DNA of 27,828 bases from Patescibacteria group bacterium (GCA_007136035.1 SLHS01000035.1:1-27828); one strand, 5' to 3'. Numbered from the stretch's first letter, positions 7,276 to 16,097 are shown. The notes: generated by a model from the letters alone, not told the origin. Numbers and translations: made by a program.

Positions 7276-10200
7276 CTAATTATCCCCCTTTTTTTCTAAA
7301 ACAATATTCTTTCTAACAAGTAGAGGTTTTTTAACACTACCTTTGAAAATCAAGTCTCGTTCTTTAAGATTTGTAATTTCATAACCAGGAGTCAAAAGTT
7401 CTAGCTGGTATTCACCACCAGGAACCAAAAATTTATAACGTCCCCTTTTGTCAGTTACTCTTTTAGCTATCAATTTTTCAAATTTCAATTCTCTTAATCC
7501 AAGAGATACACCTTCAATTAATTCACCTTTCCTATTCTTAACTAAGCCAAAACTATGTCTTTTAGACGTAGGGGAAGCCAAGAAAAGATGCAGACCTATT
7601 AAAGGAAGATAAATTATCAAAATTATGAGATTAAATGTGCTTGGATCTCTAACATACAAAAAGAGCGCTAGAAGGAAACCTAAACTTATGAAGATTTTCT
7701 GCAAAAACAAGAACATTTTACCCAGCTTATTTAATACATAAGTTTTGTAATATGCTAAATGGGAAGAATCTAGAGGATCAAGGGGTATAGAGTACTGTAT
7801 ATTGGAATCCTCCTTAATCACAAACCTACCCCCCCTATAGATATTTTCCAAAGGAGGATCTACTTTTCCTGTTATTAATTTTGAAGGATATGAATAATTA
7901 GGGCTGGAAACTTTTAAAAAATATTCCCCTCCCTCAAGACTCGCGGTAAAGATGCCATAAACATTTGTAACTGTTGTCGTTATTAATTTCTTCCCCTTGT
8001 ATATTCTAATGATAGCTCTGTTTATTGGTTCTTTAGATATAGCATCATATACATAACCATAGGGTAGAATCTTTTTCTTTTTTCTAAAAATAGCAAATAG
8101 GCCTAGAAGAAGTTGCCACAATGGATAGAGTGTTGCCGGACTTAATGCAATCGTAAGAAGAGTAGCTGGAGCCAAAGTAGAAACAAGAGCTATAGAACCA
8201 GTTCTAAATCTAAGCTCATCAAGTTCTAAATCTTGTATATATGAAATGGCTTCCTCCATATTTCTTCTGAAAGGCGGCAAGGGTTCTACTGGGACAGGTT
8301 CTTCTTCAACAATTTCTATTTCTTTAAGCAGATAAAAACGCTCCTCCTTACATAATGAACCTATATTACCTACAATATCTTCGGCTTCAACACAATATTC
8401 AAGCAAGTATTCATTATTACCTACTTCATAATTAAATAAATCACTTTCTTCAAAAACTATATAGTGGAAATCATTCATAGAGGAAATAGAGCCACAAGAT
8501 GCATATACTCCTTCATTTGGTATTTTACATTCAAATTTTACATTTGAAACACCAGATAAATCTTTTATCAGAAAAGTAAACCTTACAAAATTCCTTTGAT
8601 TTCGAGTAAAAGTTTCAAAATCGACCTTCTCTATATCTGGAGGTTCATCATCCTGTATACTAAAAACCACATTTGAAAAGGAGCTTTCTACACCTGCAGA
8701 GTTCCTTAACATTCCTCTATAAAAATAACCTTGAGCATGATCTAAATTTTTGAAGGTGAAAACATTAAAAGAAATCCAACCACTACTAGCTGGTGATATG
8801 AAATCAGCATTTCTTGAAATTTGGATATTATATTGATAATTACCCACTAAATTGTTCCAAGTTATTCTTCTCGTTAAACCTTTAGAATAATTTGGCAGAC
8901 TGTGTAGTTGTAATGTGGGTAATTGAGTTACTTGAAGCCAATCAAATGCGTCAATCGTAAAGTTGAGAGGTATTGTCCTATCCTGAGCCGTTACCCTAAC
9001 TGTTGCCACTTCAAAACCTCTTATCCTACCTTCAGCAACACCATTGCTGTTTGTTAAACCAACAGGTTGTTCAATATCCCACAGGGCTAAGTTAGGACGA
9101 TCTATTTGAAAGAAAATTCTCCTCCCAGGTAGAGGGTTTCCATTGGAATCAACAAGAGTTATTCTAACTCTTGACCACATACCTTTTTCAACAATTGGAT
9201 CTAAAACTTCAATCATTCCTTTAGGTTTCTCTGCCTGTATACTCGAGACTATATTTGAATATCCACTTTCTATCTCAGCAATATTTCTTGCCTTCCCCCG
9301 ATAATAGTATACTTGTCCATTCTGAAGATTGTGAAAAGTAAATCCACTCGAAGTTATCCAACCAGAAGTTTTCTCAATTGTATTAAAAGAAGCATCTAGA
9401 GAAGCTTCTATGAAATATTCATAGTTACCGCTGTGCGGACTCCAAGTTATCTCGCGAGATAAGCCAGAAGTATACATCGGTAATTGATTCAAAGTAATTG
9501 TTGGTACTTCGATTACAGTTAAATTATCAAAGTCTTTAATCTCAACATCTTGGGAAAAAGTTTTATCAATAGCACTTACATTGATTGTACCAGTAACAAA
9601 ACCACGAACTCTCGTCTGGAAGATACCATTGCTATTTGTTGTACCTGAAGGGTTCTCTATTTCCCAATTATTTAAATTTGCAACATCTAAATCTATCTCT
9701 ACTTGTCTACCTGGTATTGGATTACCCTGAGAATCTAAAACCGTAACCCTAACCCTAGACCAAATTCCTTTTTCAACGACAGGATCTAAAACCTCAACCC
9801 GTGAAAAAAAATCTTCATCTACAAATGCGGTAACAGTGACACCATCTGCAGATTGGAGATAAACAGCATAAGCAGCAGACTCCGTTATTAGACCTCTTTT
9901 TAAATCTACAATTATATTATTACTACCACTAAAAAGACCTGTAGACAAATTTGAACTTGGATCTATTCTTACTCCATAAGAAGTTCCCCCAACCAAAGAA
10001 TCTATACCTGTAATTTCAATTGTATCATTGGAATAATTCCCTCCTCCTTGATAACATACTGCTTGTAAATTACCAGGCAATGGAGCATCTATCTGCCAAC
10101 CCTCAATATTAATATTTGTCGCCACAGTACCTGAAACGGACAATGAAGCAGCATCTTCTTTACACCACTGGCCATAGCTGTTTACAGGGAAAGACACTGT

Positions 10201-10386
10201 CAACCCACTACCAGAACTAAAATCCTCACTGGGAGTAATTAGTAAAAGCATTTCAACATTCGTTGTATTAGTATAAAAAAAAAAAAAAAACAAATAACTT
10301 GGACTTAAACTATGAACAAAGGTTGCACTAAAAACGAAAAGCAGTAAAGAAAAAAGGATTAGTTTAAAAAAGACTTTTTTGTACAT
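7276..10386 (-). CDS. Large cell-surface protein: signal peptide, 2x (invasin/Big_1-type Ig + FN3-like) repeats, C-terminal TMs with carboxypeptidase-regulatory-like domains
   Basis: Signal peptide; duplicated VRVTVLDSQGNPIPGRQV / VRITLVDSNGNPLPGRRI (Big_1-like); FN3-like YYYRGKARN / YFYRGMLRN; TM then RKKKK; GYVYDAISKEPI...TNVYGIF and TDKRGRYKF (carboxypeptidase-regulatory-like). Confidence 0.85.
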   Translation of the reverse strand: MYKKVFFKLILFSLLLFVFSATFVHSLSPSYLFFFFFYTNTTNVEMLLLITPSEDFSSGSGLTVSFPVNSYGQWCKEDAASLSVSGTVATNINIEGWQIDAPLPGNLQAVCYQGGGNYSNDTIEITGIDSLVGGTSYGVRIDPSSNLSTGLFSGSNNIIVDLKRGLITESAAYAVYLQSADGVTVTAFVDEDFFSRVEVLDPVVEKGIWSRVRVTVLDSQGNPIPGRQVEIDLDVANLNNWEIENPSGTTNSNGIFQTRVRGFVTGTINVSAIDKTFSQDVEIKDFDNLTVIEVPTITLNQLPMYTSGLSREITWSPHSGNYEYFIEASLDASFNTIEKTSGWITSSGFTFHNLQNGQVYYYRGKARNIAEIESGYSNIVSSIQAEKPKGMIEVLDPIVEKGMWSRVRITLVDSNGNPLPGRRIFFQIDRPNLALWDIEQPVGLTNSNGVAEGRIRGFEVATVRVTAQDRTIPLNFTIDAFDWLQVTQLPTLQLHSLPNYSKGLTRRITWNNLVGNYQYNIQISRNADFISPASSGWISFNVFTFKNLDHAQGYFYRGMLRNSAGVESSFSNVVFSIQDDEPPDIEKVDFETFTRNQRNFVRFTFLIKDLSGVSNVKFECKIPNEGVYASCGSISSMNDFHYIVFEESDLFNYEVGNNEYLLEYCVEAEDIVGNIGSLCKEERFYLLKEIEIVEEEPVPVEPLPPFRRNMEEAISYIQDLELDELRFRTGSIALVSTLAPATLLTIALSPATLYPLWQLLLGLFAIFRKKKKILPYGYVYDAISKEPINRAIIRIYKGKKLITTTVTNVYGIFTASLEGGEYFLKVSSPNYSYPSKLITGKVDPPLENIYRGGRFVIKEDSNIQYSIPLDPLDSSHLAYYKTYVLNKLGKMFLFLQKIFISLGFLLALFLYVRDPSTFNLIILIIYLPLIGLHLFLASPTSKRHSFGLVKNRKGELIEGVSLGLRELKFEKLIAKRVTDKRGRYKFLVPGGEYQLELLTPGYEITNLKERDLIFKGSVKKPLLVRKNIVLEKKGDN
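8643..9798 (-). repeat. Intragenic tandem duplication, two units of about 195 aa (585-nt period)
   Basis: Unit 1 begins VEVLDPVVEKGIWSRVR (9798), unit 2 begins IEVLDPIVEKGMWSRVR (9213). The units end VSSIQ and VFSIQ. Confidence 0.85.
10275..10290. repeat. A16/T16 homopolymer inside the surface-protein gene
   Basis: 16 consecutive A on the plus strand, encoding FFFFF-Y in the ORF translation. Confidence 0.85.
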
Positions 10387-10987
10387 ACAAATCTATAAAT
10401 TTCGTTAAATTTTTTGATAGATAATTCATTTCACAAGATTTAATTAGTGCAGAATTATCCCTAAGGTTACTATCAAGATAACACTTTTCACAAAAAATCT
10501 CAAAATTCTCTAAATTAACATATTCTACACAATCAGCATTCCCACACTTTGAACAACTACTGTATGGTAAAAGTCCCATATTTTTCAAAAAACCCAAACG
10601 AAACTTATTAACATCCTCATCTTTAAAACCATTTTTGAGAACATAATAAAGTTTTTCATAAAAATCACAAGATTCATCGCCTTCTTCCACACACCTATTT
10701 AGAAGTGAAAGAATTCTTTCAATACCTTTCAAATTTGAAGAAGAGTAGTCTGGAGAAAAAACACTCTTCGTTTCCAGTAGTACACCCATACCTTTATTAC
10801 GATAAAAACTGATTTGCGAAACTGAAAGAGTTTGAATGTTTCCCCTATTTTTACTCTCTATTTTTCTAATTCCCTTTGCAATTAAAGGGAATTTACCATA
10901 ACTTTTTCCAACGACAGTAAGAATCTTATCAGCTTCTCTGTAATTTATTGACTTTATGACAATTACTTCATCCTTGAAAACGGGCAT
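10364..10987 (-). CDS. recO: DNA repair protein RecO
   Basis: IVIKSINYREADKILTV...IAKGIRKIESKNRG N-terminal OB-fold signature; C-terminal CSKC...CEKC Zn finger. Likely start MPVFKD (10987), next to the upstream stop; the ORF track starts at 11005. Confidence 0.9.
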   Translation of the reverse strand: MPVFKDEVIVIKSINYREADKILTVVGKSYGKFPLIAKGIRKIESKNRGNIQTLSVSQISFYRNKGMGVLLETKSVFSPDYSSSNLKGIERILSLLNRCVEEGDESCDFYEKLYYVLKNGFKDEDVNKFRLGFLKNMGLLPYSSCSKCGNADCVEYVNLENFEIFCEKCYLDSNLRDNSALIKSCEMNYLSKNLTKFIDLYVQKSLF

Positions 10988-10988
10988 G

Positions 10989-11660
10989 TTATTCGTAAGC
11001 TCCATATCTTGTAATTACAACAATAGGAGTTTTTAACAAAATTAATATATAAAAAATTATACTCTTTTTTTTAAAATATTCATAATCACAACCAATTCTT
11101 TCTGGTATTGTCAACGAGTTTCTTCCAGATATCTGCCAAAGACCCGTTATTCCAGGCTTAAGTTTAAGGACAGAATTTATTTTCTTTTTAAAAGAGGGGT
11201 ATTCCTTACGGTATAAATCTATCTCCTGCTTAAAATACGCCCTTGGCCCAACCAAACTCATCTCACCCTTTAGGACATTAAAAAGTTGAAGTAATTCATC
11301 AAGATCAAATCTTCTGATAATTTTACCAATAGGCGTAATCCTAATATCATCCCTTATTTTTAACTTCGCTCCTTCCTTATCATATTTTGCCTTTAAATTG
11401 GCAAAATCAGGATTAGTATGCAAAAGTTCATGAGCTCTGGGAACCATAGTTCTAAATTTGTACATAAAAAAAAGATCACCATTTTTACCCACACGCCAAT
11501 GATTATCTGCATATATTGGAGATTTAAAATCTGTTAATTTAATAGCTAAAGCAATAACTATTAAAAGGGGGAGGAAAAGAAAAAGTAAGATTAAAGATAA
11601 AACGATATCTAAAAACCTAAAAACAATTTCCAAAAGGTTAATCTTTTTTAAGAATTTCAT
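10989..11660 (-). CDS. Priming sugar transferase (Bac_transf; monotopic phosphoglycosyl transferase of PglC/WbaP/CpsE C-terminal type)
   Basis: FRFLDIVLS + TM, RVGKNG..F.MYKFRTM, DIRITPIGKIIRRFDLDELLQLFNVLKGEMSLVGPR, KPGITGLWQISGRN. Confidence 0.93.
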   Translation of the reverse strand: MKFLKKINLLEIVFRFLDIVLSLILLFLFLPLLIVIALAIKLTDFKSPIYADNHWRVGKNGDLFFMYKFRTMVPRAHELLHTNPDFANLKAKYDKEGAKLKIRDDIRITPIGKIIRRFDLDELLQLFNVLKGEMSLVGPRAYFKQEIDLYRKEYPSFKKKINSVLKLKPGITGLWQISGRNSLTIPERIGCDYEYFKKKSIIFYILILLKTPIVVITRYGAYE

Positions 11661-12792
11661 CCGTTAATTCAACCATCTTATTTTCAAAAACATCAAAACT
11701 AAACCTTTCTGCTTGCTCCTTGCATTTCTCCGGTTCAAAAGAATAACTATTCCATTTTTCTAACTCCCTTTGTAATGAATTCACTGTATGTTCTTTAAAA
11801 AATTTCCCCGTAACACCATCAACTATTGTTTCTAAAACACCACCACCAGCAAATGCAAGAACGGGGCAACCAGCCGCATTTGCTTCGATTGGCACAATAC
11901 CAAAATCCTCATCTTTTACTGGAAAAATCAGAGCTTTACATTTAAAAAGCAAGTTAGACTTTTCCTTATTATCAACATAACCAAGAAATTCAATTAAGTG
12001 TTCTCCACCTAATTCTTTAACTCTTTTTTTCAAATCTTCAACAAAAGACCCTTTACCTGCTATCTTTAATTTTTTCCCTGCATTTATACAAGCCTCAACC
12101 ATTAAATCAACCCCTTTATATCTTTCAACTCTACCCACATAAAAAAACCAATCTTCCCTACTTTTATATTGTGGATTAAATTTTATATAATCCATTTCAA
12201 CAGGGGGATAAAGGACCTTTGCATCCAATTCATAAAATTTCTTAACTCTTTTCGCAACCTCTTTCGAATTTGCCGCCACCATATCAGCTTGTCTAGCAGC
12301 ATTTTTGTCTTTCTTCCTCCAACATCCATGTAATACTGGTTTAAAAAGAGAATACATTTTATATGAAAATTTATGAGTATGACGATCAGACCTTGTATCT
12401 AACCAAAGATATCTTGGAGGAGTTAAACAGTAAAGAAAATGTTTTGTTTTTTTTGGTGTTTTAACAAATTTCGCAAAAGCAGAAGATACAGAAATTACCA
12501 AATCATAACCTTTTAAGTTTAACATTCTAAAAGCTAATGGGTACAAAAGAAAGTATTCCTCCCGAAATCTTTTCTCAAACGGCATTTTTTGAACAAAAGA
12601 AGCTCTAACATCTTTACCCTGAAAATGCTTTTCTAAAACATCCTTTTCATATATAGATGTATATATTGTCGAATTGGGAAAAAGTTTTGTAAAAGCAAGA
12701 ATATCATCTTGAGCACCTCCCCAAAATTGCAATTCGTCTGAAATTATTGCAACTTTCAAATCTTTAAATTTTTTCTTTTTTAAATTCTTCAT
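11638..12792 (-). CDS. GT4 glycosyltransferase, WbaZ-like
   Basis: VAIISD..WGGAQ, YDLVISVSSAFAK, YCLTPPRYLW, EDFGIVPIEANAAGCPV. Likely start ATG 12792; the ORF track starts at TTG 12816. Confidence 0.9.
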   Translation of the reverse strand: MKNLKKKKFKDLKVAIISDELQFWGGAQDDILAFTKLFPNSTIYTSIYEKDVLEKHFQGKDVRASFVQKMPFEKRFREEYFLLYPLAFRMLNLKGYDLVISVSSAFAKFVKTPKKTKHFLYCLTPPRYLWLDTRSDRHTHKFSYKMYSLFKPVLHGCWRKKDKNAARQADMVAANSKEVAKRVKKFYELDAKVLYPPVEMDYIKFNPQYKSREDWFFYVGRVERYKGVDLMVEACINAGKKLKIAGKGSFVEDLKKRVKELGGEHLIEFLGYVDNKEKSNLLFKCKALIFPVKDEDFGIVPIEANAAGCPVLAFAGGGVLETIVDGVTGKFFKEHTVNSLQRELEKWNSYSFEPEKCKEQAERFSFDVFENKMVELTDEILKKD

Positions 12793-13909
12793 ATTTTTTA
12801 CTTGCGAAATCTGCAAATTCTTTTAAAAACTTTTCTTCTGAGAAATACTGTGCTCGAGATTTTAAATCTTTTTCTTTAAAAGATCCTTTCTTAAAATTAG
12901 AAATTAGTTTTGAAAGTTCATCAACAGAAGAAAAAAAATGGCCTGTTTTTTTCTCCTCAACTGTTTCAGTTAAACCACCATAGTTATATGCGAGAACCGG
13001 ACATCCACAAGCCATGGCTTCCAATGGTACAAGCCCAAAATCTTCAATTCCAGGAAAAATAAATGCTGTAGCATTAGAATAAACGGCTTTTAGTTGCTCA
13101 TCTGATATATATCCTAAAAAGAGAATATTTTTTGACTTACCTGCTAATTTCTTAAGATATTTTACATCTGGGCCATCACCAACTATAACTAATTTTTTGT
13201 TTTCCTTCTTACATGCTTTAATTGCCCAATCAATCCTTTTGTAATCATAAAGTCTAGAAACTACAAGATAGTATTCTTTTTTAAATGACTTTGGTATTAA
13301 ATTGCCTAAGTGACAACTACCTTCTTGAAGCCAAAAATCTAAGATACCCGGATAAATTACTACAGAATCACGATGATATCGATGTTGAATTTTTCTTTGA
13401 ATAAATTTCGATATAGCAACAATTTCATCAATTCTTTGAGCCGCTGCATAATCCCATACTCTGTAAAAATTCGAAAAGAATGGAGAAAGAACATCTATCA
13501 AAAATTTCAACTTTGATGTTCTAAAACTTCTTTCTTTATCCCAATATGTTCGAGGTGGTGTTAAAAGTAAGCATATATGTAATTGCTCCATTGTTGTAAT
13601 AACACCTTTAGCAGAACCTGCAGATACACTTATCACAAGTTCATAATCTTTTAAATCAAGCATTTCAAAAGCCCAAGGTGTCAGAATGTTATAATGATTT
13701 TTTAGTATTTTTCTATAAAAAGGTTTTTGTAAAAATGTCGTATGAACATTATTATCAATATCTTTATATTCATCTTCATTAAATACTGCTGTATATATAT
13801 CTGCTTTGGGAAAAATCTTCAAAAGGGAATCAATATTCCTATCAGAGCCACCCTTTGCCAACATGGAATCTACTACTAAAGCTACTTTAAGTGAAGAAAT
13901 CTCTTTCAT
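12764..13909 (-). CDS. GT4 glycosyltransferase, WbaZ-like
   Basis: VALVVDSM..KGGSDR, YELVISVSAGSAKGV, TPPRTYWD, EDFGLVPLEAMACGCPV. Confidence 0.9.
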   Translation of the reverse strand: MKEISSLKVALVVDSMLAKGGSDRNIDSLLKIFPKADIYTAVFNEDEYKDIDNNVHTTFLQKPFYRKILKNHYNILTPWAFEMLDLKDYELVISVSAGSAKGVITTMEQLHICLLLTPPRTYWDKERSFRTSKLKFLIDVLSPFFSNFYRVWDYAAAQRIDEIVAISKFIQRKIQHRYHRDSVVIYPGILDFWLQEGSCHLGNLIPKSFKKEYYLVVSRLYDYKRIDWAIKACKKENKKLVIVGDGPDVKYLKKLAGKSKNILFLGYISDEQLKAVYSNATAFIFPGIEDFGLVPLEAMACGCPVLAYNYGGLTETVEEKKTGHFFSSVDELSKLISNFKKGSFKEKDLKSRAQYFSEEKFLKEFADFASKKYEEFKKEKI

Positions 13910-13916
13910 ACAAGAG

Positions 13917-13945
13917 ATTTTACCAAGAGTTAATTAAGAGTACAA
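13917..13945 (-). promoter_or_regulatory. Promoter TTGTAC-N17-(TGg)TAAAAT, probably leaderless
   Basis: -35 at 13945-13940, extended -10 at 13922-13917, ATG only 7 nt downstream. Confidence 0.65.
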
Positions 13946-13947
13946 CG

Positions 13948-14586
13948 CTATTTTATTTTCCCCATCATTAAACTTGTTTGTTTTCTACAGCGCTTGTTCA
14001 AAATCAATGGCATACAAATTAACCCAACACCAAGCATAATACCAAAAGCATTAAAAATTGACGTTCGGGGGAGAGGTACTGTTTCTTCTTGTCCCGATTC
14101 TGATTCGGGCTCAGATACTGATTCTTGTATTTGTAAAGTTGTAGTATAGTTCCCAGAACCATCGGTAATTTCTGCAACACCCGCAGTTTCGACAGAAACA
14201 ATTTCTACCACAGCTTGCCCTTCACCTGTAGATTCAAAATTTAGAGTAGCAAAAACCCCATCATTACCACTATATGGCTCGGTTAATATGAAGCAGTAAA
14301 GAAATATATCCTGGAATTCTGCAGTATCTCTTTCTAAACCATCTACCTCACAACCACTGATATTACCAGAATCAAAACTTGTAAAAGCTATATCACCACC
14401 ATATTCAACCGACATTTCAATACCGTTTATTTCACTACCACCGCTATTTACAACAATATTAATCGCTTTACCTGTTCCGTCTATCGTTCCACTAATGGGA
14501 TCCAGAAAGATTGAACCAGAAGCATGTACAACACCAGAGGAAACGGAAACAAAAAGAATTACCAAGAGAATTACTATTTTTTTCAT
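13948..14586 (-). CDS. Secreted cohesin-like domain protein with C-terminal LPRTS-IF / TM / basic tail
   Basis: Signal peptide ending VHA; beta-rich domain IFLDP..INIVVNSGGSEINGIEMSVEY...GVFATLNF (cohesin-like); acidic linker; LPRTSIF, hydrophobic helix, NKRCRK. Confidence 0.8.
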   Translation of the reverse strand: MKKIVILLVILFVSVSSGVVHASGSIFLDPISGTIDGTGKAINIVVNSGGSEINGIEMSVEYGGDIAFTSFDSGNISGCEVDGLERDTAEFQDIFLYCFILTEPYSGNDGVFATLNFESTGEGQAVVEIVSVETAGVAEITDGSGNYTTTLQIQESVSEPESESGQEETVPLPRTSIFNAFGIMLGVGLICMPLILNKRCRKQTSLMMGKIK

Positions 14587-14591
14587 TATTT

Positions 14592-16097
14592 TTAAAAAGA
14601 TAACTTATTTCTCATAGAAAAAGTTTCCTGACCATTCCTACTCTTGTATACTAGCAAAATACTTGAAATTAATACAAGTACAAACCCTATTAAAATTCCT
14701 GTGTTTTCAAAAATCGATGTTTCAGGCAATCCATCATCTTTAAGAGGCGTTGAATACCTAGAAGCAGAGCAGGAAATTGATTCTGAAGATGTAGCACATT
14801 GCCAAGTTACCCTTGAACCCGGCTCCGGGAATTCCGGGTTTAACGGGCTTACATCCCCTCCTAGACAAAATGAACCTGTAGGCCAAGTCATGGTTTCATA
14901 TGCAAAAATTTGACCATTTAAAGTACCACATGATAGTGAAACAGGGGGAGCAGAAGGGGCAGCATCTCTCTGAGCAGAACAAGAAACAGCCTCTGTCCCT
15001 GCAACACAGGACCATGATGTCTTCGAACCCTCACCAGGAAAACTTGGATTTGTAGGTTCTGAAACACCCTCTGAACAAAAAGTCCCTTGTGGCCAGGTTG
15101 TCGTTTGATATGCAAAGGTTTGATTATTTAATGTACCACATGAAGGCTGAGTATCCGAAACATCTAATGTTGTCGTATACTGACCATCACCACCAGTAAA
15201 GTTAACTTCTTGCCTATCATCTCTTACTGCATAATCAACCCTCGTAACATCAATTTCGCCCTGACCATAACCACCAATAGCTCTAAAAATAACGGAGGCA
15301 AAGACATCATCCTTCCCTTTATAAGTTGGTTGTGTAGCACTTATAAAACAATGTAAACCCCTAGAAGAACCTGAACCTGTCTCTTCAACCTCACAATTTT
15401 CTATTTCACCCTGTTCAAAACCAACATATTCTATATCACCAGAATATTCAAAAGTTACATCTATACCACTAACATCTTCACCTTGTGTATCAACAAGTAA
15501 ATCTATTTTTTTACCCTCACCTGGAATTATCCCACTCGAAGAATCCAAGACAACAGCTACCCCTGAAGACACTTGATAATCACCTCTACTTCCTAAAACC
15601 TCGACCTCCCTTCTACTATCTCTTACAGCAAAATAGACTTCAACAACTTCTATTTTAGCCGATTCACTGCCTGTTGAACGAAAACTAGCTGTTGCAAAAA
15701 CATCTCCACTTCCTTGATATGCTGAAGACTCTGGAGGGATAAAACAAAATAAATTCACCCTATTATCACCTTGAACAACATCCTCAACCTTACAATTTGG
15801 TATATCCCCATCAATAAAACTATCATAATGGATAGATTCTGTATATTCCAATGTTACTTCTACACCACTTATTTCTTCCCCATGGGTATCTATTATCAAA
15901 TCTATATCTAAACCCTCGTCCGATATAATTCCCCTACTAGGGTTTAATTCTATACCAACCTCTGAAAGTGCCCGACTTCTTTCATCAAAAGTTTCTGAAG
16001 TAAAAACAAAATATGCGGTTAGTGCAAGAACCAACACTAAAAGGCCTAAACCACCGAATAAAAGGAATTTTTTATGTTCATACTTTCTTCTCAACAT
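14592..16097 (-). CDS. Surface protein: N-terminal TM, two cohesin-like domains, two Cys-rich repeats, LPETS-IF / TM / basic tail
   Basis: Two homologous beta domains (IDLIIDTHGEEISGVEVTLEY / IDLLVDTQGEDVSGIDVTFEY), two SCGTLN repeats, LPETSIF, TM, YKSR. Start ATG 16097 preferred over TTG 16112. Confidence 0.82.
   Translation of the reverse strand: MLRRKYEHKKFLLFGGLGLLVLVLALTAYFVFTSETFDERSRALSEVGIELNPSRGIISDEGLDIDLIIDTHGEEISGVEVTLEYTESIHYDSFIDGDIPNCKVEDVVQGDNRVNLFCFIPPESSAYQGSGDVFATASFRSTGSESAKIEVVEVYFAVRDSRREVEVLGSRGDYQVSSGVAVVLDSSSGIIPGEGKKIDLLVDTQGEDVSGIDVTFEYSGDIEYVGFEQGEIENCEVEETGSGSSRGLHCFISATQPTYKGKDDVFASVIFRAIGGYGQGEIDVTRVDYAVRDDRQEVNFTGGDGQYTTTLDVSDTQPSCGTLNNQTFAYQTTTWPQGTFCSEGVSEPTNPSFPGEGSKTSWSCVAGTEAVSCSAQRDAAPSAPPVSLSCGTLNGQIFAYETMTWPTGSFCLGGDVSPLNPEFPEPGSRVTWQCATSSESISCSASRYSTPLKDDGLPETSIFENTGILIGFVLVLISSILLVYKSRNGQETFSMRNKLSF
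14757..15140 (-). repeat. Two 4-Cys repeats (70-aa / 210-nt period)
   Basis: CGTLNNQTFAYQTTTWPQGTFC...SWSC...SCSAQR versus CGTLNGQIFAYETMTWPTGSFC...TWQC...SCSASR. Confidence 0.85.

Noticed and set aside
8643-15960. Repeats as a CRISPR array or DGR template/variable pair
   Set aside because: They are diverged in-frame domain duplications, with no spacer periodicity, no adenine-specific differences and no reverse transcriptase or cas gene.
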